A stretch of 63,204 nt of DNA, counting the filler, from Octopus bimaculoides (lineage: Eukaryota): assembly GCF_001194135.2 (NCBI RefSeq). It is 5 parts of 5 records of this genome, joined end to end, with 100 filler letters (N's around TTAATTAATTAA, not from the genome) between each part and the next. Parts side by side here need not be neighbours in the genome. Positions count along the whole stretch, not along the records: positions 36,825 to 60,720 come from NC_068999.1; positions 60,821 to 63,204 come from NC_069001.1; 3 more parts are not named here. One strand, given 5' to 3'. The notes below the pieces were generated by a model. That model was not told where the DNA came from, searched no databases, and saw only the letters and a list, made by a program, of their open reading frames with translations. Below are positions 51,201 through 62,942 of this stretch, piece after piece. The position numbers and the translations under genes are program-made. How positions within the stretch are numbered: the first letter of the stretch is position 1; each line of letters opens with the position of its first letter.

Positions 51201-54200
51201 ATATGTGTGAGATACATGAAACTCCAAACACAAACAAAATCCATAATGATGGTCGAGGCAACATTTAGTGAGTATTTATTAATCTTTGCTTTATTTATAT
51301 TTTAGATTTAACAGAAGAAATTACATCTACTTACAAAGGTTTGTGAATTTTTAATTTATAGTTTTATTTTTTTTGTCCCTGTTAAAATGATTAGAGGGGA
51401 CACAAGGCCAATAAAATTTAATTGGAGTAGTTTGGGGGGAATTCATTATAAAATGTTATTGTTGGTACAGGTGTGGCTGTGCAGTAAGAAGTTTACTTCC
51501 CAAGCTCATGGTTCCAGGTTCAGTCCTTCTGTGCAGCACCTTGGGCAAATGTCTTCTGCTCAGGCCTCAGGGACTTATGTAAACAGGAGTAGACATTGTA
51601 AGCTTTGTTTGGCAGAGAAGACATGTATCCTAAAAAACTCACTTGACTTGGGAACCTTTTTAAACTCAAGGGAAGAAGTGTTTAGCCAATGCCCACAATC
51701 TTGGAACCACCCAGATGTTGAATAAAACAACTACATCTCCTTCCTAGAACACCACCACAGATGGAGCTGGAATTTTAGATAAATCAACAATAGCAGCATC
51801 TTAGAACACCACAAATCCTCATGGAGTATCTAAATGGAAAATGGGTTTGTCGTTTCAGTGACAGTGATGCAGTCAGGAGCTGTTCAAATTGTTCTTAAGA
51901 AAGAAAATCCTTTAATTCATTGGCCTTCATTAGGAGAAATCCTTGAACAAAATTTCACAAAGACTCACCCAGGTCAGTTTGTTTTACATTGTTTTGTTTC
52001 AATTTATTATTATTTTTAATTCATCATCATCATATGTCCATTTTCTATGCTGGCATGAGTTAGACGGTTTGACAAGAGTTGGTCAGCTGAAGAGCTGCCC
52101 AGGCTCTATGCCTGCTTTGGCATGATACTGTGGCTGGATGCCCTTCCTAATGCCAACTACCTTACAGAGTGTACTGGGTGCTTTTACTCAGCACCGGCAT
52201 GGGTGCATTTACACGACACTGGCATCCATGAGCCCAAACTTTCTTGTCATTTAATGTTTGGTTTTCCATGCTTATATATGTATGTGTGTGTTACTGTTTC
52301 CTTGCCTTGACTTCATGTGATAACTGTAAATGAATGTTCCTGTCATGTCCTTTGTTTCCAATCTTCAATGAAAAACATGTCGGGTCATGGAGAAATATTA
52401 CCTTGCTTGGAAATAGGTGAGGATTTACGACAAGAAGTGCATCTAACTGTAAAAAGAAAATCCACCTCAGCAAATTCTGTCTGACCCATGCAAGCATGGA
52501 AAAGTGGATGTTAAAATGATGAGGATGATTAAATATTCGTATTATTTATCTTAACAATAATTAAAAATAAGATTCTTTAAATTAATTTATAAAAGTGTGG
52601 CTGTGTGGTAAGAAGCTTGCTTTCCAGCCACATGGTTCTGGGTTCAGTCCCACTGCATGGCATCTTTGGCAATTGTCTTCTATGATACCCTCATATCGAC
52701 TAAAGCCTTGTGAGTGGATTTGGTAGACCAAAACTGAAAGAAGTCTATCGTAGATATATATTTGTGTGTGTCTGTCCCAACTGGTGTTGGTGTGTTTATG
52801 TTCCCATAACTTAGCAGTGCAGCAAAAGAGAACGATAGAATAAGTACCAGGCTTCAAAAAAAAGTACTGGGATCGATTCGTTCAATTCAAAAGTCTTCAA
52901 GGTGACGCCCCAACATGGCCACAGACTAATGGGTGAAACAAGAAGTAAAAGATAAGAGATAAGATATTTAAAATGTAAAAATTTAAAAAATGTATTTTTT
53001 TTTTTCCCTAAAATAATTTTTATATGTGTTTCAGAAACTCTTTCAAGAGATTGTATCATAGACACAGTGAAGCAATTAACACATGACACTAAATTATTCC
53101 GAATATCATTACCAGAAGGTTGTTTAATGACTGTACCAATTGGATTTCATTTACGCGTTTATCACACAATTTCAGGTAAGTCAGCTTTTTGACGTTAATG
53201 ATAGGCTTGAATTAATGACTGCAGCAATACAAGTCAGCTTCTTCTGTCCCTGTATCTTTCTTTTGTATTGCTCTGTATTATACCCAACTTTTGTTGAGGT
53301 GGTGGTGGTGTCTTATGGGTACTTGGTGACCTCACTCATGCTGGTGCCACATAAAAACCACCCAGTACATTCTGTGAAGGGCATCCAGCTGTAGAAAACA
53401 TGCTAAAGCTGACATTGGAACTTGGTGCAACTGTCTGACCCTTTCATTTTATATTTATATTGAACCGTCCAATCCATGCCAGTGTGGAAAACGAAATGTT
53501 AACGATGGTGATGGTGATGGAACATCTCAAAAAAAGCCATTATATGATGATGATGATCATCATCATTTAACATCCGTTTTCTATGCTGGCATGTGTTGGA
53601 TGGTTTGACAAGGCGCTGGCAAACCAGAGAGCTGCACCAGGCTCCATGTCTGTTTTGACATGGTTTCTATGGCTGGATGCCCTTCCTAATGTGTGTTTTT
53701 ACACAGCACTGGCACAGGTATGTTTACATGGCGCCAGCATGGGTGCTTTTTATGTGGCACCAGAATTCGCAAGCAGATGATTCATTGGCAGAAGAAATGA
53801 CAAAAATGCATGCTTGTCATAATTTTCAGGGAAGTGCAAACGTATACACAGACACATATATGTGCATACACACACACACATACTCACATAAATTTACATC
53901 AAAAAGATCAAAGGTCTTTCCCAAGCCATAGGCCCTAAGGCTGGTTTCCAAGACTCTGGAGTATACGTATCCTTGCCTCCTTGGGCAGGATGTTGGTCCA
54001 TTGCAGAGTTACTCACTTTTGCCACCTGAGTAGACTGGAACAATGTGAAATGAAGTGTTTTGCTCAAGAACACAAAGTATCACCCCCAGTCCAGGAATCG
54101 AAACCGCAATCTTACAGTCATGAATGCAACACCCTAACCACTAAGCCATGCACTTTCACATATATGTACAAACACTTACACATACACAGAAATATATATC

Positions 54201-57200
54201 TGACTGGCTCCTGGGCCAGTGATACGTAAAAAGCACCATTCAAGCATGGTCGTTCCCAGTGTCCCCTGACTGGCTCCTGTGCCAGTGGCACATAAAAGCA
54301 TCCACTACATCTTCGGAGTTGTTGGCTTTAGGAAGGGCATCCAGCTGTAGAAACCTTACCAAATCAGATTGGAGCCTGGTGCAGCCTCCTGGCTTGCCAG
54401 TCCTCAGTCAAACCGTCCAACCCATGCCAGCATGGAAAGCAGACGTTAAACGATGATGATGATGATATTTGAAAGTCTATGAGAATTACTTAATACAGTT
54501 TTGAAGTGTAAAGGTGATTTTTTTTTTGTTTTTTTTTAAAAACAATCTTATGAAATCTTTTATCAGTATGTTACGTTTTTCAGAAGAATTTTTTACTAGT
54601 GTGTGACCACTTTCAATTAACCATTACAAACACACATGCTATGCACCTATATATACAGGTAGACGTAGGTATGCACATACCTGTACGTATATATGCATAT
54701 ACTCATTTATTATTTGTTATATATTTACATATACACACGCTAATACACGACTTATAATACCCAATCCTGTTCATACAACGACTGTGGCAAACTAGTCGGC
54801 ATACAGCACTTACTCGGTATTACCTGTATCCTCCTGGGTTTGGTTAAATCCAATACCCTCCTCAACCTTATATATATATATATTCACATAAATGTAAAAG
54901 GCTTCTTTTTGTTTTGGTTGTAATATTAAATGTCTTTGTTTTGTAAATTATCTTGAATATGAAACAAAATTCTTCATTATTTTTTTTTATCTTGTCCATC
55001 AGATACGGAACTATATCGACAATACACGTTAGTGCTACCATCAATGCAAGCTGAGGATCAGGATATGGCTTCAGACCAAGGCCATTTTCTATATCTCATG
55101 ATAAAGATATACGAGCAGGGAGCATTAACGTCCTGGATCAATACACTAAAAAGTGGTCAGTTGGTTTTTGAGTTTCAAAACAAAAGTTCTTACACATTTA
55201 CGCAAGATTCAAGCAAGCAACAAAGAAACCATTCTTTTTCATTTGAATATAAGTTACATATATTAACAGGCATCATTCTTTCCCCCCTCTCTCTCTCTTT
55301 CTCCCCCCCCCCTCTCCTACACACACACACACGCATCTTTAGATGATTTCTTAAACTCTTTTATTTTCTTAACATTGTTATAGGCGCAGGCATGGCTGTG
55401 TGGTAAGAAGCATGCCTCCCAACCACAGGGTTTCAGTCCCACTGCGTGGCACTTTGGGCAAGTGTCTCCTTCTATAGCCTTGAGCCGAGCAAAGCCCTGT
55501 GAGTGGATTTGGTAGATAGAAACTGAAATCTCCACCAACAACAACAACACTACTACCATCACTGCTGCTGCTACTACTACTACTACAGCTACCACTACTA
55601 CTAAAACTGCCACCACCACTACTACATCATCATCAAGGGTGGCATCATCATAACCACAACCTGTAACATTTTTGCAAAATTTTTCTAGAATAAATTAATA
55701 GCAAATTTGGATTCAGCATCAAAAATTACATCTATATGATACATTAAAAAAATATTTTAAAGTTAATTGTAAACAGTGACAAAAACCAGAAAGATCCTTG
55801 GAGTTTTGTTCAGTGTAAGGGAGTTTGTCAAGTAAATAAGACTTGAAATTTTTTTGCATTTTTGATTCCCTATATTCTTTATTTTCTAGGTAGCTCCATT
55901 AAATTAAGTTTGTTTGAAGGAAACTTTGATGAAACAAGACTTGAGAAATGCAGCCATTTAATCCTGTTTGCTGCAGGAACTGGTATAACACCAATGATCA
56001 GGCTTATCTATTATGCCTTAAATGACCCAAAGAAAAATATCAGGTAAAATCCATCTTCCAAGTTTAATGTTCAACTGAATCGTTTATTGATATTTAAAAT
56101 TCATTGGTATAGCTGTAAGGTAAGAAGTTTGCTTCCTGAGTACAAAGCTTTTAGTTCAATCCCACTGCATGACACCTCGGGCACATGTCTTCTTCTATAG
56201 TGCCGGGTCTTCTTCTGTAGCCTTGTCAATGAATTTGCAAGATGGAAACAGTGTCAAAACTTGTTCATCATCACCATCATCATCATGTCCCTTTTTCCAT
56301 ACTGGCATGAGTTGGATGGCTCAGCACGACTTGACAAGCTAGAGAGCTGTGTTGAGCTTTAATGTCTACTTTGGCATAGCTTCTACTGCTGGATGCCTTT
56401 CCTAACACCAATCACTTCACAGAGTGTAATGGATATTGTTTTTTTTTTGTGTTACCAGCACTGGTGAAATCTCTAAGTACCTGCAAATAAGGAAAAGCGA
56501 TAGAAAACTCCAGCTAAGTCACAAGTATTTACTCACAATCAACTTTTATTTCTTGTCTTACAAATTTTCAGTGTGGCCACCACCTGCAGCATGGGCAACA
56601 TCAAGGCAATAAGAGAATTCCTCCCAGATGCATATCAGCATATAACAAGCCACTGTGTTCTTCTTTGGCTGTCTAGTTGAATGCTTTATCGAAGTTTTTC
56701 CATTTCCCTTCTATGTCAATATCTTCTGGAATTGCCTCAAGCATTCTTTAGTTTCATAATGAACTTGCTTTTGATATGTTGATATGCATCTGGAAAGAAT
56801 TCTCTTATCACACTGATGTTGCTCATGCTGCAGGTGGTGGCCACATTGAACACTTGTAAGACAGGAAATAAAAGTTGATTGTGAGTAAATACTTGTGACT
56901 TATCTGGAGGTTTCTATTTCTTTTCCTTATTAAAATATTGCATAATGAAATCAGTTCATTCTTTTTGAATAACATCGTATACCATTTTTGGTTTTTATGC
57001 TATTTTCATTTCCATTTTATCTTTGTAGATGTGTTAACTTAATTTTCTTTAATAAAACACAAGAAGATATTATATGGCGAGAAGAGTTCAATAAACTATC
57101 AAATCAAGATGAAAGGTAATTCAATATTTTTCATAAATATCAATTTATTCATTTAGTGTAACTCATCAATTTTTCTGTATTAGCTTTAATACAATTTTGT

Positions 57201-58775
57201 TTATCAGTTTATTTGAAGTTTCACCATTTCTCATTAACTTAGCAAAGACAGTGATAGTTTCTTCATACCTGAAGAACATGCGGAAGAGTGGTACCAACCT
57301 CAAGTGTTTTTGTAAACTGATCCTTGACACTGCAACATTTTCTGCCTGCACTTTGTAATTTTAAAGTGAGAGTTAATCCATGTAATCTGGTCCGACTCTT
57401 TACCCTTGGAGGTCTGACCACAGTGTTTCAGTGGGCTAAGATGGTTGCAGTGACCAACAAGCTGTAGGTTTTACATTGGAGTGGCCTTCCCCTAAATTAA
57501 TTGTTTTACAGAACTAATTGTGCTGCTCAAGATTATACAAATTACCATATGAATTGGGTGCAGTCATTGTTGTTGGTGTAGAGGAGGTACATGGCTACTC
57601 ACATTTAGGGGAAGGTGAGAATTGAAACAGTAGTAACTACAAAAAGGTAAATAGTGGTGGAGAGGTACCCACTTTCAGAACTTCACAGTCACAAACAACC
57701 CAACAACTCATTTCTATTCAATTTCAATTAACTGCTGATTTTCATTACCACTAATATATATATATATATATATATACATAAAATCCTTGTCTGAATTTGT
57801 ACTGGTTCATATTTTAATCATGTTGCATTTATTGGGTCTTTTTTTTTCTTCAGATTTCAGGTAAAATATGTATTATCACAGCCTGATAGTCAATGGTCTA
57901 GTCCTGTTGGTCATTTAAATGAAGAGTTGGCTAATCAGCATATACCTCCATTTACTTCACTTGTTGATCAGAATATGTTAATCTGCGCCTGTGGTCCTTC
58001 ACCATTCACTGCAAATACTATGAGGTAAATACCTTTGTTGAAATCACCTTCTTAATCATCATCAGTATTCTCAATCAAGTTTCTAGTAATATATGGCTTA
58101 GGTCAGGCATGGGAAACCATTTTTGAAAAGTGAGCTACATGAAACATGGCTCATCATCATGGAGGTCACATGATTAAAAAGAAAAATGAAATTTGAGGTT
58201 GATTTTCCATTGCTGTGCCATTCAGAAAGTTCCATGGGCTGCAGTTTGCCCCTGACTGGGTTAGATTAATTGTTAATGGATAAGCAGAAGTTCAAAGTTT
58301 GTAATTGATACAATTATTTCCACCTAGGACCTCTCACACCTAAATGAACCCAGTGGTTCCCAACCATTTTTTTACCTATTTTACTCAGATGGATCCCAAT
58401 TGCCATTTGATGTTTAAAAAAAGTCCTATTATATTTTTAGAGTTAAATATTAGAAATTGTATAAAGAATTGTTAAGATTCTATGTATTGTGTGTTGTAGG
58501 AATATAACCAACTTATTGCTCACAAACTTTAACACCAAAATCTCATACAAACCCTGTTTGAGAACCACTACCCTTCACCAACCCATGTAGAGCATTTATT
58601 TATTACAGTTCCTTTAACGAGTCTCAACCACATTGATTAAATCTAGTTAATTTTGTCATATTTTAACTCTTATCATCCCAGGCATTTTTCTAATAAAAGT
58701 TTTTATTTGTATATTTCCAGATTAGCGAGATTACAAGGATACGGTGACCAACATATACATCCATTTTTAGGATAA
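44704..58775 (+). CDS. CYB5R4: Cytochrome b5 reductase 4 (NCB5OR; b5 heme domain, CS domain, FAD/NADH reductase), 14 coding exons, about 532 aa
   Basis: Exons, all GT-AG and phase-compatible: 44704-44974, 46061-46161, 46394-46472, 47554-47604, 48544-48580, 49921-50072, 51306-51338, 51859-51972, 53035-53175, 55003-55155, 55890-56043, 57029-57115, 57854-58024, 58721-58775 (sum 1599 nt). Motifs [61 protein letters not shown]. Confidence 0.95.
45500..45860 (-). mobile_element. Two SINE family B copies (CpG-decayed) in CYB5R4 intron 1
   Basis: gaatttgaactcagaatgtaaag..ctgccagctcactgcc and ccagtgctcaactggtacttattttatcaaccccgaaaggatgaaagg. Confidence 0.8.
46600..47235 (-). mobile_element. Unclassified retroposon piece with (AAT)n tail and internal 23-bp tandem repeat (about 46853-46935)
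   Basis: (TTA)n abuts gagtgagagagcagtgcatgcc; repeat unit aaagatgtttaaagatgttgagc. Confidence 0.45.
47690..47912 (+). mobile_element. SINE family B, full length
   Basis: agctggcagaatcattagc..gacttagcctttcatcctttcgggggtcg..ccttgtgtcaaaatttgaaatc; partial copies at 47272-47375 and 48645-48830. Confidence 0.85.
47935..48392 (-). mobile_element. SINE family A, full length with internal (TA)n
   Basis: Reverse complement of 6021-6420 organisation. Confidence 0.85.
49066..49345 (-). mobile_element. RTE-LINE-like 3' end / SINE with (GAT)n tail
   Basis: catcatcgtc..ttccatgctagcatgggttggacg..cagctggatgcccttcctaatgccaacc; related copies 48890-48980(+), 52020-52200(-), 52430-52530(+), 53375-53520(+), 53560-53760(-), 54225-54468(+), 56270-56430(-). 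Confidence 0.75.
51571..51725 (+). mobile_element. Penelope-like ORF C-terminal relic (CxxC-x2-EK ... LN-x-R-x-E ... C), fused behind a SINE A head
   Basis: Peptide [35 protein letters not shown]. Confidence 0.5.
52597..52960 (+). mobile_element. SINE family A, full length
   Basis: Matches 6021-6420; further 5' halves at 51468-51570, 55382-55530, 56110-56235 and tandem at 59600-59935. Confidence 0.85.
53960..54155 (-). mobile_element. SINE family C, 5' part
   Basis: ggaatcgaaacc (B box) and accactaagccatgc (A box) on minus strand. Confidence 0.7.
56486..56931. repeat. Long inverted repeat (about 165-bp arms, about 115-nt spacer) in CYB5R4 intron 11
   Basis: Arms about 56486-56650 and 56770-56931, e.g. 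aagtcacaagtatttactcacaatcaacttttattt vs aaataaaagttgattgtgagtaaatacttgtgactt. Confidence 0.9.
58104..58258. mobile_element. hAT-type MITE
   Basis: CAGGCATGGGAAAC ... GTTTGCCCCTGACTG; 8-bp flanks gcttaggt / ggttagat (6/8). Confidence 0.55.
58350..58570. mobile_element. hAT-type MITE
   Basis: CAGTGGTTCCCAAC ... GTTTGAGAACCACTA. Confidence 0.55.
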
Positions 58776-59423
58776 TCCAGCATTTTTCATCTTGAACAAA
58801 CAGACACTCTCACTCCGTGTAATTGTTGTTTTTCCTCATTTAACCCCAGTATGGCGTCCATAATTGTTGTAACATGCGTACAGTCGCTCATAAAATACAG
58901 AACAATTACTCCATGTTGACATCAAAATGATGTTCCGAAGACAAAAGAAGGGAGAAGAGAAAAAACACCATTCCAGTGCCAACAATTGTTTTATGAGCAT
59001 AGATTTCATAGGGCTGTAGTCTTTACCAGGGGATGAAGTGGGGTTAGAGGTATTGTAGGCATTGAATTTGCTGCCTGTTACTAAGATAAATCATATTTTC
59101 AGGTTTAATTATATATTTACTAACATCTTAATTGAAAGGCCATTCATAACAGCTTGGTACAAAGTGAGCGAATGCATGCAGTTGCTTCACCTGCTAGAAA
59201 TAGCAGTAAAATCTCACTGAAATCACACCCTACTACCCTAATCGAAGAAAGGACACAGTGAATGATGTAATTCCAGTTACATTACAAATAAAAAAATGGC
59301 AGATGGTGTTGGACTGTCTTTCACCATTGGGTTGTTTAGTCATGTTTGACATATGAGAACAGCATGCAGCAGTTAAAATGATATTCCTTCTGTAAATTTG
59401 CTGTGATTAATCTCATTGTTATA

Positions 59424-59459
<36 letters not shown>

Positions 59460-60089
59460 ACATCGGACTGTTAATAAATATTATAAACAGAATTAATGAT
59501 GTAATATTTTGATTCCAAAATTAAATCCTCAGTTATTTAAGTCTTTCTTTCATATTTGGGTTGGCTAATTATTTTTTTTACATCAAGGCACACAGTGCAC
59601 ATGACTGTGCACTGAGAAGTATGCTTTTCAGCCACATGGTTCTGAGTTCAGTCCCACTGTGTGGCACCTTGGACAAGTGTTTTCCTCTATAGCTCTATTC
59701 TGACCAAGCATTGTGAGTGAATTTGGTAGATTGAAGCTGAAAGAAGCAGGCGGGGCTGCACGGTAAGATAGGTGCTGGCATGCCTGTGTGGTAAGAAGTT
59801 TGCTTCCCAACCACATTGTTCTAGGTTCAGTCCCACTGCATGGTACCTTGGGCAAGTGCCTTCTACTATAGCCTCAGGCCAACCAAAGCCTTGTGAGTGA
59901 ATTTGGTAGAAGAAACTGAAAGAAGCCTGTTGAAATGACTTTCTCAGCTTATCAAACTTTAATGTAGGAAAAATTTACAATCTTCTATGTTAATAAACCA
60001 TTATTGTTCCTGAAGGGTTTTTTTATACCTTCTATGGACAGCTCGAAGCTTACTAACTTCCTACACCTTGATGCTTGGATCTTACCTGT

Positions 60090-60121
<32 letters not shown>

Positions 60122-60422
60122 TGTATGCGTATCCATGAGCATGCATGTGTGTGTATGTGTGTGCAGTTTCATGTACATTTGTCGTAACAAACAAAAGAAA
60201 ATATATGCAACACATAATGTATTAATGTTCAATGTATTTGGCTGAAAATCACCTGAATCATTGCTCTGAGAGATTCAGCAAATGGTTCAAATATTTGTAT
60301 TTGTGCAGAGATATGTATTCAGATAATATATAAATATATATATATGTAAATCATAATGAAGATAATGATGATGATGATGATGATAATGATTATATATCTA
60401 CATATATATATATATATATGTA

Positions 60423-60720
60423 GGTTGCCCCTGGGAGCTCCTCTATGCTGATGACTTTGCCCTAATTACGGAGTCACTATCAGAACTAGAGGAGAAGTTT
60501 CAGGTGTGGAAGCAAGGTCTAGAATTGAAGGGCCTTAGAGTCAACCTAGCTAAAACCAAAATCCTAATAAGTAGGAAGGTAGATAAAACACAAACCCCTT
60601 CAGGTAGATGGCCCTGCTCAGTATGTAGAAAAGGAGTAGGTAGTAACTCTATAAGATGTACCCGGTGCAAGCTATGGACACATAAGAGGTGCAGCAACAT
60701 CAAAGGCAGGTTAACTAGCA
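60423..60720 (+). mobile_element. RTE-clade non-LTR reverse transcriptase fragment with PHD-like Cys/His finger
   Basis: Open frame GCPWELLYADDFALI (YADD at 60444-60455)..GLRVNLAKTK..WPCSVCRKGVGSNSIRCTRCKLWTHKRC; bounded by (TA)n and a gap. Confidence 0.85.
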
Positions 60721-61599
60721 NNNNNNNNNNNNNNNNNNNNNNNNNNNNNNNNNNNNNNNNNNNNTTAATTAATTAANNNNNNNNNNNNNNNNNNNNNNNN
60801 NNNNNNNNNNNNNNNNNNNNATATATATATATATATAATTATTGATTTAGTATATAGATTACCTGCAAAGTCTTATTTCATGGTGGCCACTCGATATAAT
60901 CATTAACGTGAATGAATTCTGTTAAGAATAAATAATAAAATATTTTTGCTCCTGATCGAAATCGCATTTCCTGCAAGCTATTTCGATGAAATATAAAAAT
61001 TTGACTTTATCTGGTGCATAAACACAGATATTTTTATATGGTGGTACGCCTTTGCTTTGTGTGGGTACGTATAAGCACCTGTGATTATGTTTCTCTAAAT
61101 ATTGTGCTGAGGATCGGAAATAAGCTCTTTATATTGCTTTAATCCCAAAAGTGGGCCCATACACATTTTAGTGTGAAGATTTATTTAGTATTTTTAATTT
61201 GCTCGCTTACAACTCGTGTTTTATAGGAGCTACACAGTCGCGTTTTAGCGCCTTTGGCGTCTTCTTTCAGCATGTTGATACCTTTAATATAATTATATAT
61301 GTATACTATTAATTTAGTATATATATATATATATATATANNNNNNNNNNNNNNNNNNNNNNNNNNNNNNNNNNNNNNNNNNNNNNNNNNNNNNNNNNNNN
61401 NNNNNNNNNNNNNNNNNNNNNNNNNNNNNNNNNNNNNNNNNNNNNNNNNNNNNNNNNNTATGATTTATCTCATCTTCATTCAAACTTTCTTTATTATTAT
61501 CCCCTTTCATTCAGCGTCTTTTTTTTTTACCAATCATTCACTATGCTGGACCACTGAACTCAGCACGGACAAACAAGGACAGACAAAGAGATTAAATCG

Positions 61600-61760
61600 A
61601 TCACATCGACTCCAGTGCGTAACTGGTACTTATTTTATCGACCACGAAAGGATGAAAGACAAAGTCAACCTCGGCGGAATTTGAACTCAGAACGTAACGG
61701 CAGACGAAATACCGTTAAGCATTTCGCCCGTTTCTGTTAGCGTTTCTGCCAGCTCGCCTT
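61600..61760 (-). mobile_element. SINE family B (CpG-intact copy)
   Basis: atcgaccacgaaaggatgaaagacaaagtcaacctcggcggaatttgaactcagaacgtaacggcagacg. Confidence 0.85.
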
Positions 61761-62468
61761 CTAGACTGCTTCTAGCTACCAAATTCTGTTCTCCCTACTA
61801 TATTCTACCTAAGTGTACTAATAAGTTCTCTCCTGAGGCACTGCCATTAAGATCTAATCAGAAGCCAGAAGGCTGCAAACCAATCATCCTAACCGTGAAG
61901 CCAATCCCGTTTCCATAATTCAATTAAATAGTTAAAAAAAAAACAAATCTGTCAGTAAAAATTTCAAGTAATAGATTTATGTAAAAAAATACAACAAAAA
62001 TAAGACTCTTTTTTTTTCATATTCCATAAATATTATAAATCATTTTCCCACGAAATTTATGAAGAAAAATAATTCAGAAACTCTTAGTGCTGCGAGATAT
62101 AAATCTATGTAACACAAACCTTACCGTTACTTCAGTGCGCTCCACACAGCAATATAACAAAAATTAAATAAATCATTGGACGCAAGGGGATGTGAAACGT
62201 AGTGTGTATGTATGGCATGGGATATATTGCAATTTCAGCTCTCAACAAACCAAAATATTTGTGAATTTGTTTCAATTCCCCGTTGTAAATACCTAACTTC
62301 TGTTACCTATGCCCACAAGGGATTGCCAAGGATGTCAAAATTTCCTGTCGTAAAATATATATATATAATATAATGGTGCGGATATGTTTATATGTTTATA
62401 CACACACATACATACATACATACATACATATATGTATATGCATATATATATATGTATATGTAGATAAT

Positions 62469-62472
<4 letters not shown>

Positions 62473-62523
<51 letters not shown>
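62473..62523. repeat. (CA)n microsatellite
   Basis: Direct reading. Confidence 0.95.
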
Positions 62524-62534
<11 letters not shown>

Positions 62535-62569
62535 AGTTCCAAGAAACACAAAAAACAATAACAAAAAAA

Positions 62570-62909
62570 CAACAAAGTGAGGACGTGATACGGATAGTGT
62601 TATTGGACGCTCGGGAAAGGAAAGAGAGAGTGTATGACGTTTCGGGCGTAGCTCTTCGTCGGAGAGATGGAAAGTTCGGAGAATGGAAAAACGGAGAAAG
62701 AAGAAAATAGTACCGATGCCTACGAGGTTACATAGTGAAAAGACCGGAAGAGGAGGTGGTGGGGGAAAAGTTCTTTCTAAGACAGGAGAGTGAAAAAGGG
62801 AGGTGAATATCTGTGCGTGCGCGAGAGTCTGCGAGTGCGTGTGTGATAACAGAACGTGTGTGTGCGTATGTATGTGTGTGTGTGTGCATGGTTTGGTGGT
62901 TTATCTGTT

Positions 62910-62942
<33 letters not shown>

